In this document: positions 1-9,308 of the stretch, one piece after another
Position numbering within the stretch: position 1 is the stretch's first letter
Layout: each line of letters starts with the position of its first letter
IMG/VR virus record: IMGVR_UViG_3300037755_000621
Coordinates: 1-45,041 of that record
DNA from: a virus
Taxonomy: Duplodnaviria; Caudoviricetes
Direction: 5' to 3' (one strand)
Length of the DNA: 45,041 nucleotides
Translations under genes and position numbers: made by a program
Notes under the pieces: generated by a model
The model's database searches: none
What the model was told of the DNA's origin: nothing
The model's input: only the letters and a program-made list of their open reading frames with translations

Positions 1-138
1 AAAACCCAGGCGTTCACCGACCGGTTCGGGAAGGTGATCGACAAGTACCTGACCGGCAACGTCACCGTCGGTGATGCGGTTGCTCAACTCGTCGCTGATG
101 AGAACCAGATGCGGGCGGCGATCAGGCCCTTCGACGGG
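1..138. repeat. Terminal overlap, left copy (circular/permuted assembly)
   Basis: 1-138 matches 44904-45041 except CCC(127-129) vs TTT(45030-45032). Confidence 0.97.
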
Positions 139-747
139 TCGAACCGGGCGGATACGGCCGTCCTTCAAGACCTGATCAATGAGGGGTGGACGGCGGGTGC
201 TGCCGCTCAGGTGCTCGAAGCGGGCGAGTCGTTGCGCCGCCGTCCTGAGACCCTCGCCTACTCCAATCTGATCCTCCAAGCGGCGGGGCTGCCAGTCCTC
301 GACGAGGCGGGGTACATCAACGCGTTGCGTGGCCACGGCCCTCAAGAGGTGATCGAAACGCTCAACACCGCCGCCGCCGCTCAAGCATTGGAGCTTTCGG
401 GGATCGGCCTCGATGACGAGGACATTCCGCTGATCATGGAGTTGGTGACCACTTCGGACCGGTTGTTGACCCCCGAGTCGTACACCGAGTTGGCGCAGCA
501 ACTGTCGTTCAACATGATCCGGTATTCGACTGAGGTGGAGCGTGGGAAGTTGGGGATCGCCGAGGAGGATCTGATCTCGGCGGCGTTCGGGCGGGAGTCC
601 CCGACGGGGATGAGCTCGGGTAAAACCCTGGGGTTGTTGGCCCGCTTCGAGCGGGACCGGCGGGCGGCGTCGGAAGGGTTCGAGGGTGGTGGAGGGTTCC
701 TCGACGATCAGGGCCGGTTGAGGATTCCGGGTCTCGGCGGCGTGTAG
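1..747 (+). CDS. C-terminal half of a ~502-aa putative internal virion protein that starts at 44142
   Basis: Frame is open from base 1 and continuous with the ORF starting at 44142 through the overlap. Confidence 0.8.
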   Translation, partial: KTQAFTDRFGKVIDKYLTGNVTVGDAVAQLVADENQMRAAIRPFDGSNRADTAVLQDLINEGWTAGAAAQVLEAGESLRRRPETLAYSNLILQAAGLPVLDEAGYINALRGHGPQEVIETLNTAAAAQALELSGIGLDDEDIPLIMELVTTSDRLLTPESYTELAQQLSFNMIRYSTEVERGKLGIAEEDLISAAFGRESPTGMSSGKTLGLLARFERDRRAASEGFEGGGGFLDDQGRLRIPGLGGV

Positions 748-765
748 GGCTAGTCTGGCGGTCCA

Positions 766-1026
766 ATGGGTTCCCCACATTCGTCGTTCAAGAACTATGT
801 GGCCGCAGCGGCGAACGCCATCACCGGCGCCAAGACCCTGCGTCGGATCACGGTGAACACGGGGGTGGCCGCTTCGACGGTGACGGTGACCGACTCAGCG
901 ACCGGCGCCATCGCCATCATCGACTCCGCACTCTCGGGCACGTCATGGGAGTACGGTTGTGGAGTGAACGGGCTGATCGTCACCCTGTCCGACGCGGCGC
1001 TCGACGTGACTGTCATCTACGACTAG
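766..1026 (+). CDS. Small beta-rich virion protein (hypothetical)
   Basis: 86 aa, Ala/Thr/Val-rich; TAGTCT 9 nt upstream; in structural region. Confidence 0.7.
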   Translation: MGSPHSSFKNYVAAAANAITGAKTLRRITVNTGVAASTVTVTDSATGAIAIIDSALSGTSWEYGCGVNGLIVTLSDAALDVTVIYD

Positions 1027-1051
1027 ACCCGATGGTTAGGATGCGACCTCG

Positions 1052-1261
1052 ATGAGCAAGTCGATCGACTTGGACAAACTCCGCACCATCAACCAGGCGA
1101 CCGGTGGGAATGTGCGGGTGCGGAAACTTGTCGACGCAACCGGTCGACGTGCCGGGTTTCAGATCGACCACGCCGACGGCCGCATGGAGGGGATCGTCCG
1201 CCCGGAGCGGGTCTCCACCAAGGTCAGTGTCAGCACCGGAGAGGCGGTCACTGATGGCTAA
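1052..1261 (+). CDS. Hypothetical protein
   Basis: 69-aa ORF; TAGGAT 9 nt upstream; overlaps next start. Confidence 0.7.
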   Translation: MSKSIDLDKLRTINQATGGNVRVRKLVDATGRRAGFQIDHADGRMEGIVRPERVSTKVSVSTGEAVTDG

Positions 1262-1487
1262 GGCGGCTCCGCTGAGCAAGGGTGACCGGCTTCGGTTGGA
1301 GGCGAAAGTCGCCGACGCCGAGGAGGCCCTTGCCGCCGCCAAGCCTGAGCGTCAGGTGTGCGAAACCTGTGGGCAGCGGATCCCACTCACCCGAGAGCAG
1401 CGGGCGGCGATCAAGAAGGCGGCCGCCGACGTCCACAAGGTTCGCGACCCGCTCCGTCGGGCGAGGGAGCAAGCAGATGCCCCTTGA
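1254..1487 (+). CDS. Hypothetical protein with CxxC motif
   Basis: ATG 1254 after GGAGAGG; MAKAAPLSKG...CETCG. Confidence 0.7.
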   Translation: MAKAAPLSKGDRLRLEAKVADAEEALAAAKPERQVCETCGQRIPLTREQRAAIKKAAADVHKVRDPLRRAREQADAP

Positions 1488-1737
1488 TGAGGTGATCGTC
1501 CCCGCCGACCAGATCTACGAGCGGCTCGGCATCCAACGACCCGGGGCGCTGGTCGTCCCAGGCACCAAGCGCCACCAGCTCCGCAAGTTCCGGCACGTCG
1601 CCGAGGACGGCACCGAGTCACTGTGGGTCAACCTCTCAGACGTGTTGAGCCTGATGGACGCCGAGTTTGAGGCGACCGACAACCGGACGGTGTATGAGTT
1701 GGCGAAGGCGATCCGACAGGCGACAGGACAACTCTGA
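1477..1737 (+). CDS. Hypothetical protein
   Basis: ATG 1477 after GGGAG; TGATG-coupled to the next gene. Confidence 0.7.
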   Translation: MPLDEVIVPADQIYERLGIQRPGALVVPGTKRHQLRKFRHVAEDGTESLWVNLSDVLSLMDAEFEATDNRTVYELAKAIRQATGQL

Positions 1738-2177
1738 TGGCAGTTGCACCAGGCTGGTACGGGCTCACCCTCGAGAAGTTCCTGATCGACACGCTGGGGG
1801 ATTCGTTGGAGGCTGAGGACGGCCAGCTTGCTCTCGTCACCAACACTTACGCCCCCAACTTCGACACCCACGACTTCCACGCCGACCTCACCAACGAGGT
1901 AACTGGTACTGGGTACACCGCTGGTGGGGTGGCGGTCACCTCCACCGAGATCACCCTCTCCTCGGGTGTGCTCATGCTCGACGCGGCGGACACCGTGTTC
2001 GCCACGGTGACCATCGCCGATGCTGAGGCGGGGGCGTTGATGCGGTGGACGACCGTGTCCGCCACGTCGGAGCTGGTGCTGCTCTCGGACTTCACCGCCC
2101 CGGCGTCGGCAACCGCAGCCAACCTCACCGTCCAGTGGGCTGCCGGGGGTATCGGGAGCATAGACTACCAGCCATAG
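1737..2177 (+). CDS. Virion structural protein (tail-fibre associated)
   Basis: 146 aa acidic; DLTNEVTGTGYTAGG motif of the kind seen in small phage structural proteins preceding fibres. Confidence 0.7.
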   Translation: MAVAPGWYGLTLEKFLIDTLGDSLEAEDGQLALVTNTYAPNFDTHDFHADLTNEVTGTGYTAGGVAVTSTEITLSSGVLMLDAADTVFATVTIADAEAGALMRWTTVSATSELVLLSDFTAPASATAANLTVQWAAGGIGSIDYQP

Positions 2178-2207
2178 CCCCCTCACGCGTCACGCTACAG
2201 TGTCGAG

Positions 2208-2840
2208 ATGTGCAGTGTTGATGGATGTCAGAACCCGATCGTGGCGCGAGGATGGTGCCGGACTCACTACATGCGCTGGAAGCGGTGGGGCAATCCCGTT
2301 GAGCATGATCATCGGACCACACGTCCAAGAGCAATATGCGAGGCCGACGGCTGTGACTCTCCTGCGGCGTCTCGGAAGCGATGTGCGAAACATCTCGGAC
2401 GGGAACGCCGTGCTGCTGACCCGAACGTGGGCCCCTTCGCTCGGACGTGTGATCACTGTGGTAACGAGTTTCAATCGCGGTATCGCACTCGCGCTACGTT
2501 CTGCTCTCGCCGCTGCAAGGAGCGAGCCAATATTGCATCAGGGCACGCGTATGTCGCGATGCGGCGTTATCAGTTCAAGAAGAAATATGGCATCACCATC
2601 GAGGACTATGAGGCTTTGCGTGATGCCCAAGGGTGTGCGTGTGCGATCTGTGGGCGGACCGAGCCAGTTGGGAGGATCAGCCAGTTCGGCGAGGACTTCT
2701 GGTTGCATGTCGACCATGACCATGACTCGGGCCGCGTGCGCGGGCTGCTCTGTACCAACTGCAATAGGGGGCTCGGGACGTTCCAAGATGATCCAGAGGT
2801 GCTTCGGCGAGCCATCGCCTACATCGACTACGTCCCGTGA
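2208..2840 (+). CDS. Endonuclease VII-family (His-Me finger) free-standing endonuclease
   Basis: KKKYGIT..Y...CAICG...HVDHDHDSGRVRGLLCTNCNRGLG signature; N-terminal CxxxGC...CxxHY zinc modules. Confidence 0.9.
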   Translation: MCSVDGCQNPIVARGWCRTHYMRWKRWGNPVEHDHRTTRPRAICEADGCDSPAASRKRCAKHLGRERRAADPNVGPFARTCDHCGNEFQSRYRTRATFCSRRCKERANIASGHAYVAMRRYQFKKKYGITIEDYEALRDAQGCACAICGRTEPVGRISQFGEDFWLHVDHDHDSGRVRGLLCTNCNRGLGTFQDDPEVLRRAIAYIDYVP

Positions 2841-2852
2841 TCTGAGGCCGGC

Positions 2853-4703
2853 ATGGCCGAGATCCTGATACGACGTGGACTCCCCGACCAAGACCTCGAC
2901 GATTTCGGCCTGATCTACGACGACGTCGCCGGTCAGATCGTTGGGTTCTACGGCCAGAACGACACTGAGGACACGCTCACCATCTCCTACGCGTTGGGGG
3001 CGTTGACCGAGATATTCGTCCTGGCCCCCTTCACCAAGACTCGCCAACGGGTCGACTTGGGAGGGTCACGTCGGATCGCCTGTCGGCCGGCCAGGGGTGG
3101 CGATCATGTGTGGCAGCGACAGTCGGGGTGGGTGCTCGGCGGCAATGTCACCGTGCATCAAGAGGTCACCAATCCTCGCCGCTCCTCCCCGGTGGTCCTC
3201 TCCCGCGCCTACACCGAGTTCTTCTCCTCGGCTACCACCACTCACAACGTGCCGATGCCCGCCACTGTCACCGCCGGCGACCTGTTGGATTCGATCTTTC
3301 TGAACACTGGTACGGCGACGGTTACTGCCACCGGGTTCACTTCCCGTGGCACCCAAACCAACACTGACCGTCAAACGCATTTCGAGAAGTCCGCGGTAGG
3401 AACCGAGGACGGCACCAACGTCAACCATCTCACCTCAGCCAACGCGTTTGCTATCGCCCATGTCCGCCGGATCGAGGCGGGGTCGTGGTCGGGTGATGTG
3501 GCTGACATTGAGGTCACGTTCGCTACCGGTACCGCGTCCACTCCTAACCCCCCAGCGCATACCCCGACCGGCGGTTCCGCCGACTACTTGTGGATCGTCG
3601 CCGGTACGAAAGTGTCGGGGACGATAACGGCTGCGCCCACCAATTACACCGGCCTGGTCAACGGCTCGGGCGGAGACAATATGGGGTCGGCGGAGCGGGT
3701 TCTCACCGCTTCCACCACCGACCCGGGCACCTTCGCCGGGTCCACGTCGGCAGCGTATATCGCGGCCACCAAGTCGATCCCGCCGGTGGGGGGCACCCCG
3801 GCAACGGTCACCCCAGCCACGGTCGCGATCACCGCGACGGCACCCACCGCGGCAGCGTTGGGAGCGGCCCTGGTCACTCCCTCTGCGGTGGCTGCGGTGG
3901 CCACGTCCCCGACTCCGGTCATCCTGGCCGCCTCCATCGTCACCCCCGCTGCGGTGGCCGCTGTCGCAACGGCACCAACGCCGACCATCGACATCGCACC
4001 CTTCGCCAACCCTGACACCGTCGCCGCGGTGGGCACCGTTCCGACTCCGGGGATCACCGCAGGAGCAGTGGTGGAACCGCTCACCGTTGATGCGATAGCC
4101 GCCGTTCCGACTCCGGGGATCACCCTCGATGCCATAGTCAACCCTCAGACCGTCCCCGCGGTCGCGACCGCGCCCACCCCGGGCGTCCTCGCCGCCTCTG
4201 TGGTAACCCCCGACCCGGTCGCCGCAGTCGCCGACGTGCCAACCCCGACCCCTTCGATTCCGGGGAGTGGCGCGCCGGCGGTGGTTGCCATCCTGGCCAC
4301 GGTTCCTACACCCACGATCACCGCTGGGGCGACGGTCACTCCGATGGTGGTCGCCATCAACGTGTCGGTACCCACCGCATCTATCTTCGCCGGGGTGCTG
4401 GCGATCATCGCCCGGGTGATCGGCCAGTTCCACCGCAAGGACACCAACCGGCTCCACCTCGCCAAGATCGGGCGGGGCAACCGACGCGGATTCCGTATCC
4501 AAGAGGGGTGGGAGCGGGTGTCCGACCCGTTCGTCTACGACGAGCACACCGACGGGCTCGCCGACCAGGAGGCGACGATGGCTGCGGTCGCCGCAGCGTG
4601 GGCCGCCCACGCCGGTGCGAGTGAAGCCACCTTGAAAGCGGCGATCCACACCGCCCTCGACAACCTCGGTTACCGCAGACCCGACGGAACCCGATTGGTC
4701 TGA
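2853..4703 (+). CDS. Tail fibre / minor tail protein with 22-aa repeat shaft
   Basis: 616 aa; Thr/Gly/Ser-rich beta domain followed by nine Ala/Val/Pro/Thr repeats. Confidence 0.7.
   Translation: MAEILIRRGLPDQDLDDFGLIYDDVAGQIVGFYGQNDTEDTLTISYALGALTEIFVLAPFTKTRQRVDLGGSRRIACRPARGGDHVWQRQSGWVLGGNVTVHQEVTNPRRSSPVVLSRAYTEFFSSATTTHNVPMPATVTAGDLLDSIFLNTGTATVTATGFTSRGTQTNTDRQTHFEKSAVGTEDGTNVNHLTSANAFAIAHVRRIEAGSWSGDVADIEVTFATGTASTPNPPAHTPTGGSADYLWIVAGTKVSGTITAAPTNYTGLVNGSGGDNMGSAERVLTASTTDPGTFAGSTSAAYIAATKSIPPVGGTPATVTPATVAITATAPTAAALGAALVTPSAVAAVATSPTPVILAASIVTPAAVAAVATAPTPTIDIAPFANPDTVAAVGTVPTPGITAGAVVEPLTVDAIAAVPTPGITLDAIVNPQTVPAVATAPTPGVLAASVVTPDPVAAVADVPTPTPSIPGSGAPAVVAILATVPTPTITAGATVTPMVVAINVSVPTASIFAGVLAIIARVIGQFHRKDTNRLHLAKIGRGNRRGFRIQEGWERVSDPFVYDEHTDGLADQEATMAAVAAAWAAHAGASEATLKAAIHTALDNLGYRRPDGTRLV
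3801..4394 (+). repeat. Nine in-frame 66-bp (22-aa) degenerate tandem repeats
   Basis: Consensus xxVTPxxVAAVATVPTPxIxAx, from ATVTPATVAITATAPTAAALGA to ATVTPMVVAINVSVPTASIFAG. Confidence 0.9.
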
Positions 4704-4756
4704 AAGGAGGTAACTATCAGCAAGCTGGACACACCATTCCCCGGCCCAGGTAGAGC

Positions 4757-4784
4757 AGAGCCCCCGGCCATTGTCGGGGGCTCT
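4757..4784 (+). terminator. GC-rich hairpin, probable intrinsic terminator
   Basis: AGAGCCCCCG(4757-4766)/CGGGGGCTCT(4775-4784) after the fibre gene. Confidence 0.7.
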
Positions 4785-4917
4785 CTCAATTTGGTGTTAG
4801 CGTGAGCGACGCCCAACCGGATTGGCCTGCCGGGGAAGTGGTCGGAATGGCCCAACGAGTAGGACGGTGTGTGCGGCCCTCTCACCACCGTTAGGCGATC
4901 GCCATAAGGAGGAGTAA

Positions 4918-5454
4918 ATGGCAGGAGAAAAGGATCCGGTCCTCTCGGCGTCCGCCGAAGCATCAGACCGTCAGGCGTTCGACGACATCAAACGCCAGCG
5001 GGATGAGGCGGTGGCAACGGCCGCAACTGTGACAGGAGCCCTCGACTCGATGATGAAGGTTCACGACGCAAGCCGCGCCCTCATGGGGAAAGTGGCCGAC
5101 CCGTTCACCACGGCGGAGATGATCTCGAATCGTCTCACCGATGTGCCACGGGAGAACGTTGTGGCCCATGTCACCTCAGACGAGTTTGCTCCCGTCCTCG
5201 CTGCGTTCCGCGGCGTCGAAGCTCCCCCGACCCCACCCGAAGGCGAACCCGCCGGCCAACCGCCGGCGACTGAGTCAGCGGGGAACGGGTTTGGGCCATC
5301 GCCAGGACTCGACTCGGGCAGTAAGCCTCTCGACGGTGTCACCACTCTGATTCAGATTGGGTCACCGGAGTACAAAGCGCTGCTCACCGACCCCGCTGCT
5401 ATGGAAAAGGCCATCAAGGAGAACCGGGTCGCTGAACCGACCCGCACCTTCTGA
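4918..5454 (+). CDS. Capsid scaffolding protein (putative)
   Basis: Strong SD AAGGAGGAG; helical N-terminus, Pro-rich linker; directly upstream of the capsid gene. Confidence 0.7.
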   Translation: MAGEKDPVLSASAEASDRQAFDDIKRQRDEAVATAATVTGALDSMMKVHDASRALMGKVADPFTTAEMISNRLTDVPRENVVAHVTSDEFAPVLAAFRGVEAPPTPPEGEPAGQPPATESAGNGFGPSPGLDSGSKPLDGVTTLIQIGSPEYKALLTDPAAMEKAIKENRVAEPTRTF

Positions 5455-5492
5455 TCTAGGAGTGCGGGCTCTACTCGAAAGAGAGAGAGCCT

Positions 5493-6365
5493 TTGCCAAA
5501 CGAAATCACTTACAACCAGACCTCGGGGAACTTCTCCGTGGAGTATCGGGTTGCGAGGGATTCGATGCTCGAGGCGCTATACGAGACGGCCGCAGGGCTG
5601 CTCCCGTTCATCTGGCGTAAGAGCCTCGCTGGGTATCACTCAACGACTGAGAGGTTCACCAAGAAACCGAGGCTGGCGGCCGCGTCGATCGCTGATGGCG
5701 TCGACATGACCAACACCCCCTACACCCCCTCGAACGTCCCGCTGACGGTCGGGGAGGTCGGGTTGAAGCTGACTCCCACCGACCTCAACCAGTCGTCATC
5801 CCTTGTGGATGCGGCTGACTACGGGTCGCAGATGGGCCAGGCGATAGCTGAGAAGCTGTTGACTGACATCGCTTCGCTCGGTGGTGGATTCTCACGTTCG
5901 ATCTCGAACACGGGAGTGAACCTGACCGAAGCCAACTTCATCGACGCGCGAGCGACGCTGATGTTGCAACGGATCCCCGGACCCTACGTGGCGGTGCTGC
6001 ACACCCAGCAGGCGTTTGACCTGATGGACTCGATCGGCACCACTCTCGGAGCCGTCGTTGGAACCGGTGGGCGGTCAATCCGCGCCGAGATCAACGACCT
6101 GACCCCCAACGGGAACTACTTGGGCAACTGGCACGGAGTCGAGGTGTTCCAATACACCACGGTTCCCACCGCCAACGCCGGAGCAGACTCGGCGGGGTTC
6201 ATGTTCGGATCCAACAGGGCGATCGCAATGGTGGAGAAGTGGGCAACCAGGATGGAGACCGAGAGGGATGCGTCTCTCCGTGCCTCCGAGCTGGTCGGCA
6301 CGTCCGCCTACGCGGTCGGCGAAGTCGATGATGATGCCGGTGTCGGTATCATCACGGACCGATAG
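5493..6365 (+). CDS. Major capsid protein (HK97 fold)
   Basis: 290 aa; MGQAIAEKLLTDI spine-like helix, YVAVLH, GNWHGVEV, ETERDASLRASELV..AYAVGE terminal pattern. Confidence 0.85.
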   Translation: MPNEITYNQTSGNFSVEYRVARDSMLEALYETAAGLLPFIWRKSLAGYHSTTERFTKKPRLAAASIADGVDMTNTPYTPSNVPLTVGEVGLKLTPTDLNQSSSLVDAADYGSQMGQAIAEKLLTDIASLGGGFSRSISNTGVNLTEANFIDARATLMLQRIPGPYVAVLHTQQAFDLMDSIGTTLGAVVGTGGRSIRAEINDLTPNGNYLGNWHGVEVFQYTTVPTANAGADSAGFMFGSNRAIAMVEKWATRMETERDASLRASELVGTSAYAVGEVDDDAGVGIITDR

Positions 6366-6374
6366 GAGGATGAA

Positions 6375-7082
6375 ATGAGTTCACCAGCTGAATTGCTGTC
6401 ACCTTCCGCCGGTTCGTTCATCTACGACGACTTCAACGGCAACGACTCGGTGGCCGACGGTCTCGTCGGTAACTTCGGGTGGGAGCTGGCAACGATCGGG
6501 AACGCTTCGACGCTCGCCTTGCAGACGTCCAAGCCGAACGGTGTTCTTCGGATCACCACGGCCGCGACCGCTGACGGCGACGGCGAAGTGCTGAGAGGGT
6601 TCACCGACGGGATCGTGCTCAAGCCTTCGAGCTTCGTGTTCGAGGCGCTGGTGGGATACCCGGTGGAGTTGGCTTCGGGCAACTTCCGTATCGGTATGGA
6701 CGACTCGGTAACGGCTACCCGTCCGACTGTTGGCGTGACCATCGAATCCGACGCGGGGGTTCTCACCCTGCGGACCGATTCGGCGGCCCACGGCGACACG
6801 TCGCTGGCGGTGACCGGTATCCCGACGTTGACGTCGGGGACCACGATGGTCGTCGGCACCATGCACAAGCTCCGGTTCGTCGGCTCGGGGCGTGCGAACG
6901 CTCAGGGCGGCCCGGACGCTGTCACGTTTTGGGTGGACGGCCACCTGGCGGGGACGCTGCCGTGCAACATCGACGACGATGAGCCGATGGAGGCCAAGAT
7001 CGTCCACTGGCAGGACTCCGGTGGAGCCGATGCCGTGGCGTGGGACATCGACTACTACAGCCTCTGGCTGCCGAGAGTCTGA
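6375..7082 (+). CDS. Capsid-associated beta-sandwich protein, paralogue 1 (decoration/lectin-like)
   Basis: SD AGGAGG; DDF...W...FWVDG...DIDY pattern; follows capsid gene. Confidence 0.7.
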   Translation: MSSPAELLSPSAGSFIYDDFNGNDSVADGLVGNFGWELATIGNASTLALQTSKPNGVLRITTAATADGDGEVLRGFTDGIVLKPSSFVFEALVGYPVELASGNFRIGMDDSVTATRPTVGVTIESDAGVLTLRTDSAAHGDTSLAVTGIPTLTSGTTMVVGTMHKLRFVGSGRANAQGGPDAVTFWVDGHLAGTLPCNIDDDEPMEAKIVHWQDSGGADAVAWDIDYYSLWLPRV

Positions 7083-7095
7083 GGGGTGGTGACAG

Positions 7096-7809
7096 ATGCC
7101 TTTCAGATATGAACGGCCTGTCAGCCCTCTCGACGGGTTCTGGATCAAAGACGATTTCTTGCACAACGACTCTGTTGCCGACGCTCTCGTCGGGGAGTTG
7201 GACTGGGAGATCATCACGATCGGCAACGCGTCCACATACGCGTTGACGAACCCGACCGCGGCTGGCGAGGTCGGAATCCTCCGACAGACCACCGCGGCGA
7301 CGGCCAACGGTGACGGGTCTTGTCTGCGGTTGGAGGAGGACGGGTTCGTGTTCGGGCCGAACGGCGGCGGTTTCGCCGCCAAGTTCCGGTACCCGGTCGA
7401 GCTCGCCTCCGGCAACTTCCGTATCGGGCTGGACGATTCAGTGACGGCCACCTCCCCAACGGTGGGGATCTGGCTCGACTCCGATGCGGGCGTGTTGAGC
7501 CTGCAAGCCGACTCTGGCGATCACGGCGACGTCGCCGCGAACATCGAGGGTGTCTCCACTCTGACGTCGGGAACGACGGCGGTGGTGGGTGCCTGGCATG
7601 TGGTCAGGGTCGAATGGTCAGGCGCCAACGGGCAGGGCGGACCCCGCTACGTGGAGGCGTGGATCGACGGCGAGCTCGCTGCGGCGGTGCTCGCGGTTAT
7701 CGACGACGACGAGGAAGCGGAACCCAAGATCGCTCATTGGCAGGACTCGGGCGGCGCGGACGCGGTTGCGTTCGACGTCGACTTTGTCGAGTTCTGGCAG
7801 TGGCGTTGA
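7096..7809 (+). CDS. Capsid-associated beta-sandwich protein, paralogue 2
   Basis: Collinear with 6375-7082 (YPVELASGNFRIG, HWQDSGGADAVA identical). Confidence 0.7.
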   Translation: MPFRYERPVSPLDGFWIKDDFLHNDSVADALVGELDWEIITIGNASTYALTNPTAAGEVGILRQTTAATANGDGSCLRLEEDGFVFGPNGGGFAAKFRYPVELASGNFRIGLDDSVTATSPTVGIWLDSDAGVLSLQADSGDHGDVAANIEGVSTLTSGTTAVVGAWHVVRVEWSGANGQGGPRYVEAWIDGELAAAVLAVIDDDEEAEPKIAHWQDSGGADAVAFDVDFVEFWQWR

Positions 7810-7820
7810 CCTGATTCAAC

Positions 7821-7851
7821 TCGGGCAGGGGCTAACTTGGTCCCTGCCCGA
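7821..7851 (+). terminator. Intrinsic terminator after head genes
   Basis: TCGGGCAGGG/CCCTGCCCGA stem followed by TGTTGTTT. Confidence 0.75.
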
Positions 7852-7873
7852 TGTTGTTTACGAGGAGGCACCA

Positions 7874-8146
7874 ATGGCGACAGCCAAGAAACCCACCGCG
7901 GGTAAGGCTCCCGCGGCCAAGCCGCCCACCAAGCCGGCGGCCCCCAAGAAACCACCTGCCCCGGTCCCAGTGTTGACCGAGGAGGAGGAGCACGCTCGGA
8001 TGGTGGCCGAGCATGAGGAGATCGCAGCGGGCCACCGTGCGGAGGCCGCCCTCGCCGCGGAGAACCGTGCGGAGGACGAGGCCCGGGCCCGGGTTGGGGT
8101 ACGCTCGGGGTCGAAGCCATCAGCAGATCGAGGAGCACCCGAATGA
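7874..8146 (+). CDS. Hypothetical protein with Lys/Pro/Ala-rich N-terminus
   Basis: SD GAGGAGG, ATG 7874; ATGA overlap with next gene. Confidence 0.75.
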   Translation: MATAKKPTAGKAPAAKPPTKPAAPKKPPAPVPVLTEEEEHARMVAEHEEIAAGHRAEAALAAENRAEDEARARVGVRSGSKPSADRGAPE

Positions 8147-8814
8147 CCACAGAGGCACCCGAACGGGATCTCGCCGCCGAGAATGAGGCGCTCAGAGCGC
8201 AGATCGAGGAGCAAGAGCTGACCGCGGCTGAGACCGAGGCGGCAAAGGCGGTGCTGGCTGCCCAGGTCACCGAGCAGGAGCGCCAGATCGAGGAGTTGAA
8301 ACCGACCAGGGACGTCGCCAAGTTCCTGTTCGAGACTCCCGAGGACGTGGTCGCCCACTACGGGGACAAGAAACTCGACGAGATGCTCAAGGCGACGATC
8401 GCCGAGGAAAACAAGGCCCGCACCAAGCAGGGTTTCGACCGGACGACCTACACCCCCGAGGAGTTCGCCGAGCGCAAGGAGGCCCTGGTTGCAGACCTGC
8501 TCGGTGATCGGACTCGGTGGGGACCACCCACTGAGGGGTTCTTGGACCGGACCATGAAGATGATCAAGCCCGACGGGACGCTGGTGCAGATCCCATTCGA
8601 GGGTCAGATCAACAACGTGGCCGGGTCGCTCAACGACGGATTGTTCCGTTACCAGCAGAAGGGGTACAAGCTGACCGACCCGATGTTGTGCCCGACCAAG
8701 GACTGCAACGAGACCTCGGCGATCAAGAAGGGCAAGTGGCTCTACCTCGGATATTGCTCGGAGGATCATTACCGGCGGACGGAGTGGCAGCGTCAAGCCA
8801 CCCCCGCCGTCTGA
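8143..8814 (+). CDS. Hypothetical protein (N-terminal coiled coil, C-terminal Cys/His zinc motif)
   Basis: 223 aa; CPTKDC...CSEDH. Confidence 0.75.
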   Translation: MTTEAPERDLAAENEALRAQIEEQELTAAETEAAKAVLAAQVTEQERQIEELKPTRDVAKFLFETPEDVVAHYGDKKLDEMLKATIAEENKARTKQGFDRTTYTPEEFAERKEALVADLLGDRTRWGPPTEGFLDRTMKMIKPDGTLVQIPFEGQINNVAGSLNDGLFRYQQKGYKLTDPMLCPTKDCNETSAIKKGKWLYLGYCSEDHYRRTEWQRQATPAV

Positions 8815-8822
8815 GGTGACCG

Positions 8823-9308
8823 ATGGGCCTGCCCACGTTGGAACCGGGGGAGAAGGGCGAGCGCGGGGTTCTCTACTGGGTGGGTGGGGACTGGATCCGC
8901 GGATGGCGGCAGCGGGTAAACGAGAACCTCAACAACCGTGAGGGGAGGCGGGTCGTCGTGGAGCGGTCCGCCTCCACCGACAAGAGCCTCACGCCGGTCG
9001 ACTACCGCGACGGCGATGTCGGGGTGATCGAGAAGCCTTCCCCGCTCAAGCCTCGCACCCCGCGGGAGACCACCGAGTTGTTGGCGCAGATCACAGCACA
9101 GCACATGATGAAGCTGCGCCGGGAACACCCTGAGGTCTACCGGTCGAAGCTGGCCGAGCTACGGGCGGAGCACCCCGAGTACCGCCGCCACACCGACGAC
9201 CAGTTGACATCGATCATCGTCGAGTTCACCCGGGCGACGATGGCGGAACCGTCGGTCCGTCGGATCACCACCCCGAACGGGTGGAAGGGCCCGGTGATCC
9301 GGTCTTGA
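8823..9308 (+). CDS. Hypothetical protein
   Basis: 161-aa ORF, SD GAGGTG. Confidence 0.7.
   Translation: MGLPTLEPGEKGERGVLYWVGGDWIRGWRQRVNENLNNREGRRVVVERSASTDKSLTPVDYRDGDVGVIEKPSPLKPRTPRETTELLAQITAQHMMKLRREHPEVYRSKLAELRAEHPEYRRHTDDQLTSIIVEFTRATMAEPSVRRITTPNGWKGPVIRS

Noticed and set aside
1-138. Terminal repeat as the biological DTR
   Set aside because: It falls mid-gene, which is typical of an assembler overlap rather than a packaged end.
3435-4649. Long minus-strand ORFs (also 33830-35251, 38894-40555, 31421-32470 and others)
   Set aside because: They are shadows of high-GC plus-strand genes with no motifs or start signals.
6375-7809. Duplicated genes as DGR template/variable repeats
   Set aside because: No reverse transcriptase is present, differences are not adenine-specific, and both copies are full ORFs.
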